DNA from: Dehalococcoidia bacterium
GTDB taxonomy: Bacteria; Chloroflexota; Dehalococcoidia; UBA2979
Length of the DNA: 64,000 nt
Direction of reading: 5' to 3'
NCBI GenBank assembly: GCA_965248675.1
Contig: CBDFJZ010000008.1
Location: 873,213 to 937,212, forward strand
Below, piece after piece: positions 47,437-58,271 of the stretch. The translations under genes were made by a program, and so were the position numbers. Each line of letters begins with the position of its first letter. The stretch's first letter is position 1. The notes below the pieces were generated by a model that was not told the DNA's origin, did not search any database, and saw nothing but the letters and a program-made list of their open reading frames with translations.

Positions 47437-48353
47437 CGGAAGACCTCGGGCGGCTCGCCGTCGCCCCACCATTCGACCTCGGGAACGAGCATGACGCCGC
47501 TCGTGGCGGCGACGCGAGCACGCACCTCGAGCATGAGCGCAGCGACGTCCGCGGCCGTCGCGGCGCCGTCGTGGACGATGAAGTTGGCGTGCAGCTCGCT
47601 GACCTCGGCGCCGCCGACGGCGAGGCCCTTGCAGCCGGCCGCGTCGATCAGCCGGCCGGCGAAGTCGCCTCGAGGATTGCGGAAGATCGAGCCGGCGTTG
47701 CGTTCGGCGGTCGGCTGGCTAGCCTGCCGCGCCTCGAGCAGGCGCGTCATCTCCGCTTCGCAGCCGGCGCGCGGGCGCGGTTCAAGTTGGAGTGTCGCAC
47801 CGAGGACGATCGCACCGCCGCCGCGCAGGCTGGTCGTCCGGTAGTGGAACTCCAGCGCGCCACGCGAGAGGGAGCGGACGGCGCCATCCTCGAGGACATC
47901 GACGCTTTCGACGAGCTGACCGATGTCGCGGCCATCGCCGATACCGGCGTTGCTCTGAAGCGCACCGCCGACGGTGCCGGGGATGCCGACGGCGAACTCG
48001 AGGCCGCCGAGGTCGCGCTCGGCGGCGGCGCGGGCGAGCGCCGGCAGCATCACGGCTCCACCGGCGGTGACGCGCGTGTCCTCGAAGGTGACATCGCCGC
48101 AGGCGGCGCGCAGGGAGAGCACGACGGCGGTCACGCCGTCCTCCGAGACCAGCACGTTGGAGCCGCCGCCAATCACGCGCAGCGGTAGCTGCTCCTCGTC
48201 GGCCCAGGCCGCGATCCGCCGCAGGGCCTCGAGGTCCCGGGGTTCGCCGTAGTAGGCGGCGGGACCCCCGAGGCGCATGTAGGTGTGCCGTGCGAGCGGT
48301 TCGTCGCGGCGGAGGGCGAGTTCCGGCGGTGCCTCGGGCAGCGTCCGTGCCAT
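47433..48353 (-). CDS. murB: UDP-N-acetylenolpyruvoylglucosamine reductase
   Basis: LRVIGGGSNVLV, FAVGIPGTVGGALQSNAG, AGSIFRNP. Confidence 0.85.
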   Translation of the reverse strand: MARTLPEAPPELALRRDEPLARHTYMRLGGPAAYYGEPRDLEALRRIAAWADEEQLPLRVIGGGSNVLVSEDGVTAVVLSLRAACGDVTFEDTRVTAGGAVMLPALARAAAERDLGGLEFAVGIPGTVGGALQSNAGIGDGRDIGQLVESVDVLEDGAVRSLSRGALEFHYRTTSLRGGGAIVLGATLQLEPRPRAGCEAEMTRLLEARQASQPTAERNAGSIFRNPRGDFAGRLIDAAGCKGLAVGGAEVSELHANFIVHDGAATAADVAALMLEVRARVAATSGVMLVPEVEWWGDGEPPEVFR

Positions 48354-48402
48354 GAGGTGATGTTAGGCGGGGCCGCAGCGAGGCGCCGCTAACGCACCAC
48401 GA

Positions 48403-49788
48403 TCACAGCGCCGGCGCCTGAAGGTGGAAGTCAGTCGCCTGCTGGTAGGCGTGTCCGATGCGGAGCGCCCTGGCGTCCTCGAAGAGGGCGGTCGAGAACA
48501 TCAGGCCGGTGGGCAGACCATCCGCGTCGAAGCCGTTCGGGACGCTGATCGAGGGCTGGTGGGAGTTGTCGAAGACCGAGGTGTTGCGGAATTTCGAGGC
48601 CGGCGGTGCCTCCTCGGTCGGGTCGTCGGCGATCGGCTCGGCGACCATGGGCGAGGTGGGAACGACGTAGGCGTCGATGCCGTCGAGGGCCGCCTCGTAC
48701 GCGGCCTCCACGGTCTTACGGAACTCGAGCGCGCGGATGTAGCTGGCGACGGGCGTCTCGAGGCCACGCAGCATGCGGCGCCGCTGCGGTTCGGCGACGC
48801 CGTTGCCCTGGAGCGACAGCTCGTTCAGCGTGCCGGCCTCGGCGAGGATGATCGCGCCGACCCTGGCACGCCAGTTGTCCTCGCCGGTGATCGGCTCGCG
48901 CCGCTCGATCGTGGAGCCGAGCTCGCGAAGGACGTCGAGCGCGCGCTCGAAGTTCTCGAGGACGGCGTCCTCGCAGTCGCTGGCAAGCGAGGGGATGACC
49001 GCGAAGGTCATACCGGCGATGCCGTCCTCGAGGCCGGCGGTGAAGTCCTCGGGGGGGTGTGGGACGGAATCGAGGTCGCGCGCGTCGTAGCCGGCGAGGG
49101 CGTTCAGCATCAACGCGCAGTCCTGCGCGGTGCGGGCCATCGGGCCGGCGTGATCGAGCGTGCCGGAGAGCGGCAGCACGCCGGCGCGGCTGACGAGGCC
49201 GTACGTGGGCTTGTGGCCGGTGATGCCGCAGAACGCGGCGGGGATGCGGATCGAGCCGCCGGTGTCGCTGCCAAGCGCGCCAAGGGACTGACCGGACGCG
49301 ATCGCGGAACCCGACCCGCCCGAGGAGCCGCCGGGCACGCGTTCGAGATTCCAGGGATTGTGGGTCGGACCGAAGTAGGCGTTGTTCGTGGTGCCGCCGA
49401 GCGCGAGTTCGTGGGTGTTCGTCTTGCCGACGATCACCGCTCCGGCGTCGCGGAGGAGGCGGACCGTGGTGGCGTCCTCGGAGGGGACGCGCTCGCTGAG
49501 GGCACCGGTGCCGCCGGCGGTGACGACGCCGGCGGTGTCATAGAGGTCCTTCACGGCGATCGGGATGCCGTCAAGCGGACCGAGGCGATTCCCGGCGGCC
49601 GCACGCTCGGTCGCGGCTTCCGCCTCGGCGCGAGCGGAGTCGCTCATGAGTCGGACGAACGAGTTGAGGCGACCGTCAGTCTCCTCGATACGTGCGAGCG
49701 TGGCCTCGAGGAGATCGTTCGGCGTGATCGTGGCGGCGGCGAGATCGTGGCTGGCCTCGGTGAGCGAGTGATAGGGCGGGGTCGGCAT
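48403..49788 (-). CDS. amidase (amidase-signature family)
   Basis: ATG at 49788 after AGGGAG. GGSSGGSGSAIASG ... GSDTGGSIRIPAAFCG. The upstream 230 codons in the track are extension. Confidence 0.85.
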   Translation of the reverse strand: MPTPPYHSLTEASHDLAAATITPNDLLEATLARIEETDGRLNSFVRLMSDSARAEAEAATERAAAGNRLGPLDGIPIAVKDLYDTAGVVTAGGTGALSERVPSEDATTVRLLRDAGAVIVGKTNTHELALGGTTNNAYFGPTHNPWNLERVPGGSSGGSGSAIASGQSLGALGSDTGGSIRIPAAFCGITGHKPTYGLVSRAGVLPLSGTLDHAGPMARTAQDCALMLNALAGYDARDLDSVPHPPEDFTAGLEDGIAGMTFAVIPSLASDCEDAVLENFERALDVLRELGSTIERREPITGEDNWRARVGAIILAEAGTLNELSLQGNGVAEPQRRRMLRGLETPVASYIRALEFRKTVEAAYEAALDGIDAYVVPTSPMVAEPIADDPTEEAPPASKFRNTSVFDNSHQPSISVPNGFDADGLPTGLMFSTALFEDARALRIGHAYQQATDFHLQAPAL

Positions 49789-49930
49789 GGCTCGCTCCCT
49801 GGGGCGCGGAGGGAGACGAAGGATAGACGATCGGCCGTGCGGTTTGACCGTCCACGAGGCGCTGCCTAGGCTCGCGCGCACGGCGGTTGCGCTGGGTCTG
49901 ACCGGTCGGTCGGGCTGTCGAAGCGGAGAC

Positions 49931-50470
49931 TCATGATCGACTTCGGGCTCGTCGACGCGGTGGACGCCGAGGCGATCGGTCCGCCGGGGCAGCGCACGTT
50001 TCGGTTGCGCGCGAACAAAGACGACAACTACGCGGCGCTCTGGTTCGAGAAGGAGCAACTCGCACTGCTGGGGCGCGAGTTCTCGAAGCTGCTGGCCGAG
50101 CGGTCGCGGCAGCGCGGCGAACCGTCGGACTCGGTTCCGGAGATGGGTCCGTTCCCCGCGACGGCGGAGGTCGATCTGCAGGTGGCGCGGCTGGGGCTGG
50201 ACTTCGACGATGCGAGCCAGCACATCGTGCTGCTCGCGGACGATGCAGCGGCGCTGCAACAGGGGGACAGCCCGACCTTCCGGATGGAGATCGACCGCGC
50301 CCAGGCGATCGCGGCGATCCGCGCGATCGACGACGCCGTCGCCGGCGGGCGGCCGCTCTGCCCACTCTGCCACCGGGTGCTCGAGGATGACGGCAGCTGC
50401 ATCGCTTGCCCGGGCGGCAACGGGCACTCGCACGAGGTCGCGCTGCCGCCGCGGTCGGATGAGGATTGAG
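49931..50470 (+). CDS. DUF3090-family protein with C-terminal Cys4 zinc ribbon
   Basis: MIDFGLVDAVDAEAIGPPGQRTFRLRANKDDNYAALWFEKEQLALL ... CPLCHRVLEDDGSCIACPG. Confidence 0.65.
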
Positions 50471-50529
50471 CGCACCACCGGTCAGCCAGCGGCGAGCGCC
50501 ATAGGCCGGCCCAGTTCCCGGGACGACGC

Positions 50530-51852
50530 ATGGCCTCGATGACCGCGGCCGCTCGCACCCGCCGCCGGCCGTTCTACGGCTGGTGGATCGTGGTGGGCGC
50601 GGTGATCGCGCAGTTCGCCTCGATGGGGGCGAGCGGGCAGATCGGCGGCGTGTTCCTGCGGCCAATGACCGAGGAGCTGGGGTGGTCGTCAGCCGAGTAC
50701 ACGCTGGGCGGGTCCGCGGCGTTCGTGTTCGGCGGCGTGGCGGGCTTCGTGATCGGGCCGCTGGTCGACAAGCACGGACCGCGACCGCTGATGCTGGTTG
50801 GGATGGTCAGCTACGCCGGCTCGCTGTTCCTGATGTCGAGGCAACAGGAGCTCTGGCAGTTCATCGTGCTCTCGATGCTCGCCGGGGGCGCCGGGGTCTC
50901 GTTGGTGGGGCCGCTGATCGTCAACGTCACGCTGTCGAAGTGGTTCGTGCGGCGGCGTGGTTGGGCGATCGCCCTCGGTTCGATCGGGATCTCGCTGTCG
51001 GGGCTGATCACGCCGGTGACGATGACGCAGATCGTCGACTCGATCGGCTGGCGCGACGGCTACGTGGTGCTGTCGGTAGCGATGGTGGTGCTGCTGCTGC
51101 CGGTCGCGCTGGTGATGCGGCGCAGCCCGGAGGACTACGGCATGTTGCCGGACGGGGACGACCCGGCGGGAGCGGATCACGAGGCGAGCGCGGCGAGCAC
51201 CGAGGCAGCGCGAGACGCCGCGAACTCGTACACGCGCACCGAGGCGGTGCGGACCAGCGGGCTGTGGCTGCTGACCCTGGGGTTCGGGCTCAACCTGACC
51301 GCGATGTCGGCGATCCTGGTGCACGGGATCCCGTTCATGACCGACGCCGGATTCACCCGCACCGAGGCTTCGATCGCGCTGGCCGTCAACGGGCTCGGGA
51401 ACCTGCTTTCGAAGTTCTTCTGGGGCTGGGGACTGCAACGGTTCGAGGCGCGCCACCTCTCGACGGGCGCGTTCGCGCTATCGGCGACGGGGGTCAGCCT
51501 GATGCTCGTGGCGACAGCGAGTGGCGCGCTGCCGGTGCTGTTCCTCGGATTCTTCGCGTGGGGCTTCGGATTCGGCGGCACGCTTCCGCTGGGCGAGTTC
51601 CTGTGGGCGGAGTACTTCGGGCGGCGTCACCTCGGGGCGGTACGAAGCGTCGGCGTCCCGCTCACGATCATCTTCGGCTCGGCTGGGCCGATCCTCGTCG
51701 GGCTCTACTTCGACGCGGTCGGCGCATACGATGGCGCATTCCTCGTGCTGGCGGCGGTCTACATCGCGGGGGGCGCGACGATCTTCAGCTCACGCCGACC
51801 CCCGCCGAAGGCGCAGAGCGAAACAGCGGCCCTCGCGACGGCCGAGGCCTGA
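50530..51852 (+). CDS. MFS transporter (OFA-like)
   Basis: 12-TM-like profile. Central cytoplasmic loop rich in acidic residues. Confidence 0.8.
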   Translation: MASMTAAARTRRRPFYGWWIVVGAVIAQFASMGASGQIGGVFLRPMTEELGWSSAEYTLGGSAAFVFGGVAGFVIGPLVDKHGPRPLMLVGMVSYAGSLFLMSRQQELWQFIVLSMLAGGAGVSLVGPLIVNVTLSKWFVRRRGWAIALGSIGISLSGLITPVTMTQIVDSIGWRDGYVVLSVAMVVLLLPVALVMRRSPEDYGMLPDGDDPAGADHEASAASTEAARDAANSYTRTEAVRTSGLWLLTLGFGLNLTAMSAILVHGIPFMTDAGFTRTEASIALAVNGLGNLLSKFFWGWGLQRFEARHLSTGAFALSATGVSLMLVATASGALPVLFLGFFAWGFGFGGTLPLGEFLWAEYFGRRHLGAVRSVGVPLTIIFGSAGPILVGLYFDAVGAYDGAFLVLAAVYIAGGATIFSSRRPPPKAQSETAALATAEA

Positions 51853-51872
51853 ACCGGGACGACTCGGGGGCG

Positions 51873-52361
51873 CTAACCCTGGGGGCGGATCAGCATCACC
51901 GCGGCGCCCGGGGTGTGCCGCGCGACGTGGTCGGCGACAGAGCCGAGAAGCACGCGCCCGAGGCCGGAGCGGCCGTGGGTAGCGATCACGACGATGTCGC
52001 AACCGAGCCGCTCGACCTCCTCGGTGATCGTCTGCGCGGCAGGGCCCTCGGCGACCTCGATGCTGACGTTGCCGTCGGGGAGGCCGGCCTGCACGCAGCG
52101 GCCGACGGTGGCGGCGAGGTTCGCCTCGGCAGCCTCGCGCTGGGCCCGGACGGCGCCCTCGGCGATCTCGACGGTGAGTTCGCCGCTCGGGATCGGCTCG
52201 ATCGTGGCCGGGGCGGTCTCGGCGATGATTTGCCCGACCGAGTCGATCACCTGGAGCAGCACGACCTCGGCGCCGGTGCTCTTCGCGAGCTCGATCACAC
52301 GGGAGACGGCCTCAAGCGAGAGGTCCGAGCCGTCCAGCGGAAGCAGAATCTTGGTGTACAT
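51873..52361 (-). CDS. universal stress protein (UspA family)
   Basis: ATG at 52361. MYTKILLPLDGS ... VVIATHGRSGLGRVLLGSVADHV. Confidence 0.8.
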   Translation of the reverse strand: MYTKILLPLDGSDLSLEAVSRVIELAKSTGAEVVLLQVIDSVGQIIAETAPATIEPIPSGELTVEIAEGAVRAQREAAEANLAATVGRCVQAGLPDGNVSIEVAEGPAAQTITEEVERLGCDIVVIATHGRSGLGRVLLGSVADHVARHTPGAAVMLIRPQG

Positions 52362-52539
52362 CGGTTCGCCTTCGGCACGGCGTAGCGTTGAACGAGCCGG
52401 CGGATCATAGGGACGAAGAGCGGGGTGCGCCACGTCCAAACGGCGGCGGACGATCGGCCGTTCGACCCTTGCTACGATGCGCGGGCGCCTCGACATGGCG
52501 CACCCCACGACCCCGGCGACCGTGACTCAGGAGTCCTCG

Positions 52540-54213
52540 ATGGCGTTCGACCCCCGGCACCGCAGCCACACGCTGGTAGACGGCCCCGACCGAGCACCCG
52601 CGCGGTCGTACTTCAAATCGATCGGCTTCACCAGCGAGGACCTGAAGAAGCCGCTGGTGATGGTCGTCCATGAGTGGATCGGCACGATGCCCTGCAACTA
52701 CAACCAGCGCGCCCTGGCGCAGCGGGTGATGCAGGGCGTCCGCGAGGCAGGCGGGACGCCGATGGAGGTCAACACCGTTTCGATCAGCGATGGCATCTCG
52801 ATGGGCACCGAGGGAATGAAGGCCTCGCTGATCAGCCGCGAGCTGATCGCCGATTCGATCGAACTCTGCAGCGTCGGCTATTCCTTCGATGCCGTCGTCG
52901 TGATCGTCGGCTGTGACAAGACGATCCCAGCGGGGGCGATGGCGCTGGCGCGACTGAACATCCCGGGCATCGTGCTCTACTCCGGGTCGATCGCACCCGG
53001 CCGGTTCCAGGATCGCGACGTGACGATCCAGGACATCTTTGAGGGCGTCGGCGAACACGCGGCCGGCAGCATGAGCGACGAAGAACTCGAGGCGCTGGAG
53101 AACGTCGTCTGTCCCGGCGCGGGCGCGTGCGGCGCCCAGTTCACGGCGAACACGATGGCGACGGTGCTCGAGTTCTGCGGCATCTCGCCGCTGGGTAGCG
53201 CGACGAGCGGAGCGACGGACCCGCGCAAGGAGGACGTGGGGGTCGAGGCCGGGAAGCTCGTGATGGACGTGCTCGAGCGCGGGCTATTACCTCGGGACAT
53301 TCTGACGCGGGATGCGCTGGAGAACGGGATCATGTGCGCCGCATCGACCGGCGGCTCGACGAACGTGGTCCTGCACCTGATGGCGATCGCGGCCGAGGCG
53401 GGGGTCGAGCTGAACATCGACGACTTCGACGAGGTGAGCGAACGGACGCCGCTGATCGGCGACCTGCGGCCCGGCGGCCGGTACGCGGCGCTCGATTGGG
53501 ATCAGGCAGGCGGCACGCCGCTCCTCGCCGAGCGCCTGCTCGAGGCCGGCCTGCTGCACGGCGACGTGATGACCGTGACGGGGAAGACGATCGCCGAGGA
53601 GGCGTCGGCGGCGATCGAGACGCCCGGTCAGGACGTGATCCGGCCGCTCGACGACCCGCTCAAAGAGACGGGCGGCCTCGTGATTCTCAGAGGCTCGCTC
53701 GCGCCCGAGGGCTGCGTGATCAAGGTCGCCGGCCACGAGCGGATGACCCACCGCGGCCCCGCTCGCATCTACGAACGCGAGGAAGACTCAATGGCGGCGG
53801 TGCTCGCGCACCAGATCAAGGCGGGCGACGTCGTCGTGATTCGCAACGAGGGGCCGAAGGGCGGCCCCGGCATGCGCGAGATGCTCGGCGTGACCGCGGC
53901 GCTCGTCGGCGAAGGTCTCGGCGAGACCGTGGCGCTGCTGACCGACGGCCGCTTCTCGGGCGCGACGCGAGGGCTGATGGCCGGGCACGTGGCGCCTGAG
54001 GCGGCGGACGGCGGGCCGATCGCGCTCATCCGCGAGGGCGACATGATCGAGTTCGACATCCCGAACCGGCAGCTCAACCTGGAGGTGTCGGACGAGGAAC
54101 TGGCGTCGCGACGCGCCGGCTGGCAGCCGAACCCGCCGAACTACGACACGGGCGTGTTCGCGAAGTACGCGCGGCTGGTGTCCGGCGCCGAGCGGGGCGC
54201 GATCACCGGCTAA
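52540..54213 (+). CDS. ilvD: dihydroxy-acid dehydratase
   Basis: ATG at 52540 after [34 protein letters not shown]. Confidence 0.9.
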   Translation: MAFDPRHRSHTLVDGPDRAPARSYFKSIGFTSEDLKKPLVMVVHEWIGTMPCNYNQRALAQRVMQGVREAGGTPMEVNTVSISDGISMGTEGMKASLISRELIADSIELCSVGYSFDAVVVIVGCDKTIPAGAMALARLNIPGIVLYSGSIAPGRFQDRDVTIQDIFEGVGEHAAGSMSDEELEALENVVCPGAGACGAQFTANTMATVLEFCGISPLGSATSGATDPRKEDVGVEAGKLVMDVLERGLLPRDILTRDALENGIMCAASTGGSTNVVLHLMAIAAEAGVELNIDDFDEVSERTPLIGDLRPGGRYAALDWDQAGGTPLLAERLLEAGLLHGDVMTVTGKTIAEEASAAIETPGQDVIRPLDDPLKETGGLVILRGSLAPEGCVIKVAGHERMTHRGPARIYEREEDSMAAVLAHQIKAGDVVVIRNEGPKGGPGMREMLGVTAALVGEGLGETVALLTDGRFSGATRGLMAGHVAPEAADGGPIALIREGDMIEFDIPNRQLNLEVSDEELASRRAGWQPNPPNYDTGVFAKYARLVSGAERGAITG

Positions 54214-54248
54214 GGCCGGCTCCTCTGGAGGCCGCATCGATAATCCTC

Positions 54249-55108
54249 GTGGTGGGCGGCAGCCGCTGGAGCGGGCGGGCGTTGCCGCCCTCGCTCGAGG
54301 GGCGCCCGCTGCGCGCGATGGTGAGCAGCGAGTACGACGCCGTCCGCTTCCGCGATCAGGGCGTCGAGGCGGTCGCCGGGGACGTGCTGGAAGGGCGCGG
54401 CCTCGACGCGGCGATGCGCGGCGTCCGCACGCTTGTCTACCTCGATCACGTCACGCCGGGAGACCCGGTGACGAACGAACTGGAGGCGGTGCAGAACGCG
54501 CTGATCGGGGCACGCGGCGCGGGCGTCGAGCGGGTGATCTTCCTCGGCGACCTCGCAGCGTCCGAGGAGGCGAGCGCGCGTCAGCTCGTCGCGCGCTGGG
54601 CGCGGAACTGGCGGTGCGGCAGTCGGAGCTCGGCTGGGTGGTGGTGCGGACGTCTCTCGTGATCGGCGGCGGGGCGACGCCGTTCGAGGCGCTCCGCCGT
54701 TCGGTCGATCGGCTGCCGGTCGTACCGCTCTTCCGCTGGCGCCGCACCGAGGTGGAACCGGTCGCCGCCGGCGACGTGCTCGAGGCGATCCGGATCGTGA
54801 TCGACGACGAAGAGATTCGCGGGCGCTCGTTCGACGTTTGCGGCTCCGACCGGGTGAGCCTCGCCGCCGTGCTCCGCGGCTGGGGCCACGCCGCCGGGAA
54901 GCGACGGATCTACCTGCCGCTGCCCGTCGGGGGCGATCGCTTCGGCCAGCAGCTCGCCTGGACGGTCGCGCGGCTGCCGAGGCGCGAGACGCGGCTGGCC
55001 CTCGAGACGTTACGCGAGCGGCAGGTCTGCACCGATCCGTCGCTGCGCTTCCCGCTGCCGCACCGGCCACGCGGCTACCTCGCGGCATTGGCGGCGGCGA
55101 CGAGCTAG
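54249..55108 (+). pseudogene. NAD(P)-binding Rossmann protein (NmrA/atypical-SDR-like), apparent frameshift near 54630
   Basis: N-terminal part 54249..54660 (ILVVGGS...VRTLVYL...) and C-terminal part 54614..55108 (LGWVVVRTSLVIGGGATPFEA...) are in different frames. Confidence 0.45.
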
Positions 55109-55175
55109 GTCTGGTCCCGCGCGGAGGGCGTACCATCCGCGGAAAGTCGGTTTTGAGCGCCTGAGGCGGAACACC

Positions 55176-56345
55176 ATGGAGCGCCGCATCCTGGAGGGCG
55201 TCCGCGTCCTCGACATCTCGCAGGTGCTCGCCGGGCCGTTGTGCGGCCGCCACCTCGCCGACCTCGGCGCCGACGTGATTCGGATCGATCGGCCTCCACG
55301 CGCGGGTTCCTCGGAGCCGGTGCGGGCCAGCGGCGCGCCCGCGGTCAATCTCGGGAAGCGCTCGATCGCGATCGATATCGGCGACCCGGCGGGGAATGCC
55401 GTCGCGCGCGAGCTCGCGCTGCGGGCCGACGTCGTGATCGAGAACTTCCGGCCGGGCGCCCTCGCGCGAGCGGGCCTCGGCTACAAACAGCTCGCCGAGG
55501 AGAATCCGCGGCTGATCTACGCCTCGATCTCCGGGTTCGGGCAGAGCGGCCCGGAGTCCGAGCGCCGCGCGTTCGGCTACACCGCGCAGGCCGAGTCGGG
55601 GCTGCTCTGGTTGCAGCAGCGAGCGCTCGGGAGCGAGGCGCCGTTCGCGCCCGGTGTGATGCTCGCCGATATCGTGACCGCGATGAATGCGTCTTCGGCG
55701 ATCATGGGCGCGCTCTACGATAGAGAGCGGACCGGCCGCGGGCAGCACGTGGACATCACCCTCGTCGAATCGCAGCTCGCGCTGTTCCACGAGGCCGCAG
55801 CGGCAGCGTTCGGCGGCGCGATCGACGAGGATTGGCGGCCGCACCGCCACGAGATCTTCGCAGCGATCGACGGGCATATCGCGATGGACCCGAGTGAACG
55901 CCTCTGGTCGCTGGTCGCGGAGGCCCTCGGACATCCCGAAGCTCCGTGGCCCGGGTCCCGCGAGCGGTTCCGAGAGACCGTCGCGCCCTGGATGGCAGCG
56001 CTGACGCTCGACGAGGCTGTGAGCGGGTTGCGAGCGGTGGGGTCGCCATTCGGCGTGGTGCGGTCGATCCCGGAAGCCCTCGACACCCCCTACTTCGCGG
56101 AGCGCGGCATGATCGCCGAGCTGCCCGATCCGCTCGACGGGAGCGTGCGCGCGATTTCATCGCCGCTGCACTTCTCGGATGCGGCGGCGGGACCGACGGG
56201 CCCTGCGCCGCTCGCGGGCGAGCACACGCGGCAGGTGCTCCTCGAGGAGCTCGGCTACACGACCGACCGAATCGAGGAGCTGCTCGCGGCCGGCGCGGTC
56301 GTCCACCAGGAAGTCCCCGCGACGTCCGGGGTCGCCGCTCGATAG
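55176..56345 (+). CDS. CoA transferase family III (CaiB/BaiF-like), intact
   Basis: MERRILEGVRVLDISQVLAGPLCGRHLADLGADVIRID ... is the full-length family III pattern. Confidence 0.85.
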   Translation: MERRILEGVRVLDISQVLAGPLCGRHLADLGADVIRIDRPPRAGSSEPVRASGAPAVNLGKRSIAIDIGDPAGNAVARELALRADVVIENFRPGALARAGLGYKQLAEENPRLIYASISGFGQSGPESERRAFGYTAQAESGLLWLQQRALGSEAPFAPGVMLADIVTAMNASSAIMGALYDRERTGRGQHVDITLVESQLALFHEAAAAAFGGAIDEDWRPHRHEIFAAIDGHIAMDPSERLWSLVAEALGHPEAPWPGSRERFRETVAPWMAALTLDEAVSGLRAVGSPFGVVRSIPEALDTPYFAERGMIAELPDPLDGSVRAISSPLHFSDAAAGPTGPAPLAGEHTRQVLLEELGYTTDRIEELLAAGAVVHQEVPATSGVAAR

Positions 56346-56389
56346 AGCCGGCGAGGCATCGAACGCGCCTTCTCAGACAGGAGCCCCGG

Positions 56390-56800
56390 ATGCTGCAAGC
56401 CGAGGACCGGCTGGCGATTGCGGAGCTCGCCTCGAAGTACTCGTACGGCTACGACACGCTCGACTGGGAGCTGATCGGATCCATCTGGACGGACGACGCG
56501 ACACTCGTGACCAGGCGAGGCGAGCGGCACTCGCGCGCAGAGATCGTCGATGGATCCCGCACCCGACGAGAGGGTCTGCGGGACGATGGCGTTCAGACGC
56601 GGCACTACCAGACCAACCCGCTCCTCGAAGCGACCGGACCGGGCACGGCGCGCGGCCGGACGCTGCTCTTCGTCGCCTGGCAGCACGATGGCGAGCCGCA
56701 GCCGACGCCGATGCACTCCAGCGAGTACCACGACGAGTTCACCCAGGTGGACGGTGAGTGGCGGATCTCACGCCGCGAGATCGTGATCGATCACGACTAG
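56390..56800 (+). CDS. SnoaL-like/NTF2-like fold protein
   Basis: ATG at 56390 after CAGGAG. DRLAIAELASKYSYGYDTLDWELIGSIWTDDATL. Confidence 0.7.
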   Translation: MLQAEDRLAIAELASKYSYGYDTLDWELIGSIWTDDATLVTRRGERHSRAEIVDGSRTRREGLRDDGVQTRHYQTNPLLEATGPGTARGRTLLFVAWQHDGEPQPTPMHSSEYHDEFTQVDGEWRISRREIVIDHD

Positions 56801-57636
56801 TCGGCGTATGGCGCCTCGTTTTCCATGAGGCCGCGCCAGGCGGCGTCGGCGAAGCCGCCGTCGAGGTAGAGCGTCTGGCCGACGAGCATCGGGGCTTCGT
56901 CGGAGCAGAGCCAGGCGACGGTGGCGGCGATGTCCTCGGGAGCGACGTTGCGGCCGGCGGGGACGTGGGGGCGAACATTGTTCGCGACGTCCGCCTTGTA
57001 GGTGCGATCGCCCTCGGAGCCCTCAACCCAGCCAGCGGAGACGGCGTTGACGCGGATGCCGCGGGGGGCGAGCTCAACTGCGAGGTACATCGTCAGCGAG
57101 TCGAGCGCGGCTTTGCTGACGCCGACCGCGGCGTAGTCCTTCATGTAGTGGTGCGCGCCCGGCGAGAGCAGATTCACGACGGCGCCGCCGCCTCTCGACT
57201 CCATGAGCGGCGTGGCGAGCTGGACGGCGAGCCAGGGGCCGAACACGTTGACGTCCATCGTGCGGTGGAGGTGACCCTGGCGCTGCTGGAGCGCCGGACG
57301 CGGTCGTTCGAGGCCACGCGCGGCGTTGTTGATCAGGATGTCGAGGCCGGCGGCGCCGCCCCCGGGGGTCCATTCCGCGAGCTCCTTGAAGAGCGCACGC
57401 GACTCCTCCTCGTTGCCGACGTCCGCGCGCATCGCCTCAGCCTCGACGCCGAGGGCGCGGCACGCGGCGGCGGTGGCGGCGGCCGCCTCCTCGGAGCGGG
57501 CGTAGGTGGCGATGACGTGGACGCCCTCGCGGGCGAGGCGGAGCGTGATCGCGCGCCCGATCCCTCGCGATCCGCCGATCACGAGGGCGCGCTGGTCGCG
57601 TAGCGAGGCGTAGACGGGCGCCGCAGCATCGGCCAT
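56797..57636 (-). CDS. SDR-family oxidoreductase
   Basis: ALVIGGSRGIGRAI (TGxxxGxG-type motif), NNAA, YxxxK (YAAVGVSK). Confidence 0.85.
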   Translation of the reverse strand: MADAAAPVYASLRDQRALVIGGSRGIGRAITLRLAREGVHVIATYARSEEAAAATAAACRALGVEAEAMRADVGNEEESRALFKELAEWTPGGGAAGLDILINNAARGLERPRPALQQRQGHLHRTMDVNVFGPWLAVQLATPLMESRGGGAVVNLLSPGAHHYMKDYAAVGVSKAALDSLTMYLAVELAPRGIRVNAVSAGWVEGSEGDRTYKADVANNVRPHVPAGRNVAPEDIAATVAWLCSDEAPMLVGQTLYLDGGFADAAWRGLMENEAPYAD

Positions 57637-57656
57637 TGCGAGAGGGTAGCGGGCGC

Positions 57657-58253
57657 TCAGTCGCTGGCGCGAACGGCGCGGTGCACGGTGTGCACGCGGC
57701 TCTGCTTGACCTTCTCGTAGGTGGCGCACTGCTCCTCGATCACGCGTTGCACGAATTTCCGCATCCCGCTCAACGTGACGAGGTAGAGCCGGCCGCCGGG
57801 GCGCAGCCGCGCCCAGGCATCGGCAACGAAGAGCGTGGTCAGCTCGTTGCCGATCTTCGCCGGGAGGTTCGTCGCCACGACATCGAACTCGCGATCCACG
57901 GGCACCGCGTCGAGGCCGTTCGAGGAGAGCACCTCGACGTTGGCGATCGCGTTCAGATCGAGGTTGGCCCGGGCGTAGTCGAGGGCGACGAAGTCCTTGT
58001 CGACGAGTAGCGAGCGGCCCTCGGGCGCGAGACGGGCCAGCGTCAGTCCGATCGCCCCGTAGCCACAGCCGAGGTCGAGGCAGTCGTCGGTCGGGTTGAC
58101 CTCGATCAGGTCGAGCAGGAGGCGGGTGCCGGCGTCGATCTCCCTTGGAGAGAACAGGCCCCACGTCGAGCGGAAGGTCAGCGCGTGGCCGCGGAGCGTG
58201 GCGCTGAACTCGAGGTCGGCGCGGAACGCGTCGAGGTCGGTGGCGTCGGTCAT
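57657..58253 (-). CDS. class I SAM-dependent methyltransferase (MTS/RsmC small-domain-like)
   Basis: LDLGCGYGAIGL ... VVATNLP motif (N6/N2-MTase NPPY-like). Confidence 0.75.
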   Translation of the reverse strand: MTDATDLDAFRADLEFSATLRGHALTFRSTWGLFSPREIDAGTRLLLDLIEVNPTDDCLDLGCGYGAIGLTLARLAPEGRSLLVDKDFVALDYARANLDLNAIANVEVLSSNGLDAVPVDREFDVVATNLPAKIGNELTTLFVADAWARLRPGGRLYLVTLSGMRKFVQRVIEEQCATYEKVKQSRVHTVHRAVRASD

Positions 58254-58271
58254 CGCTCTATTGTGACCGGC

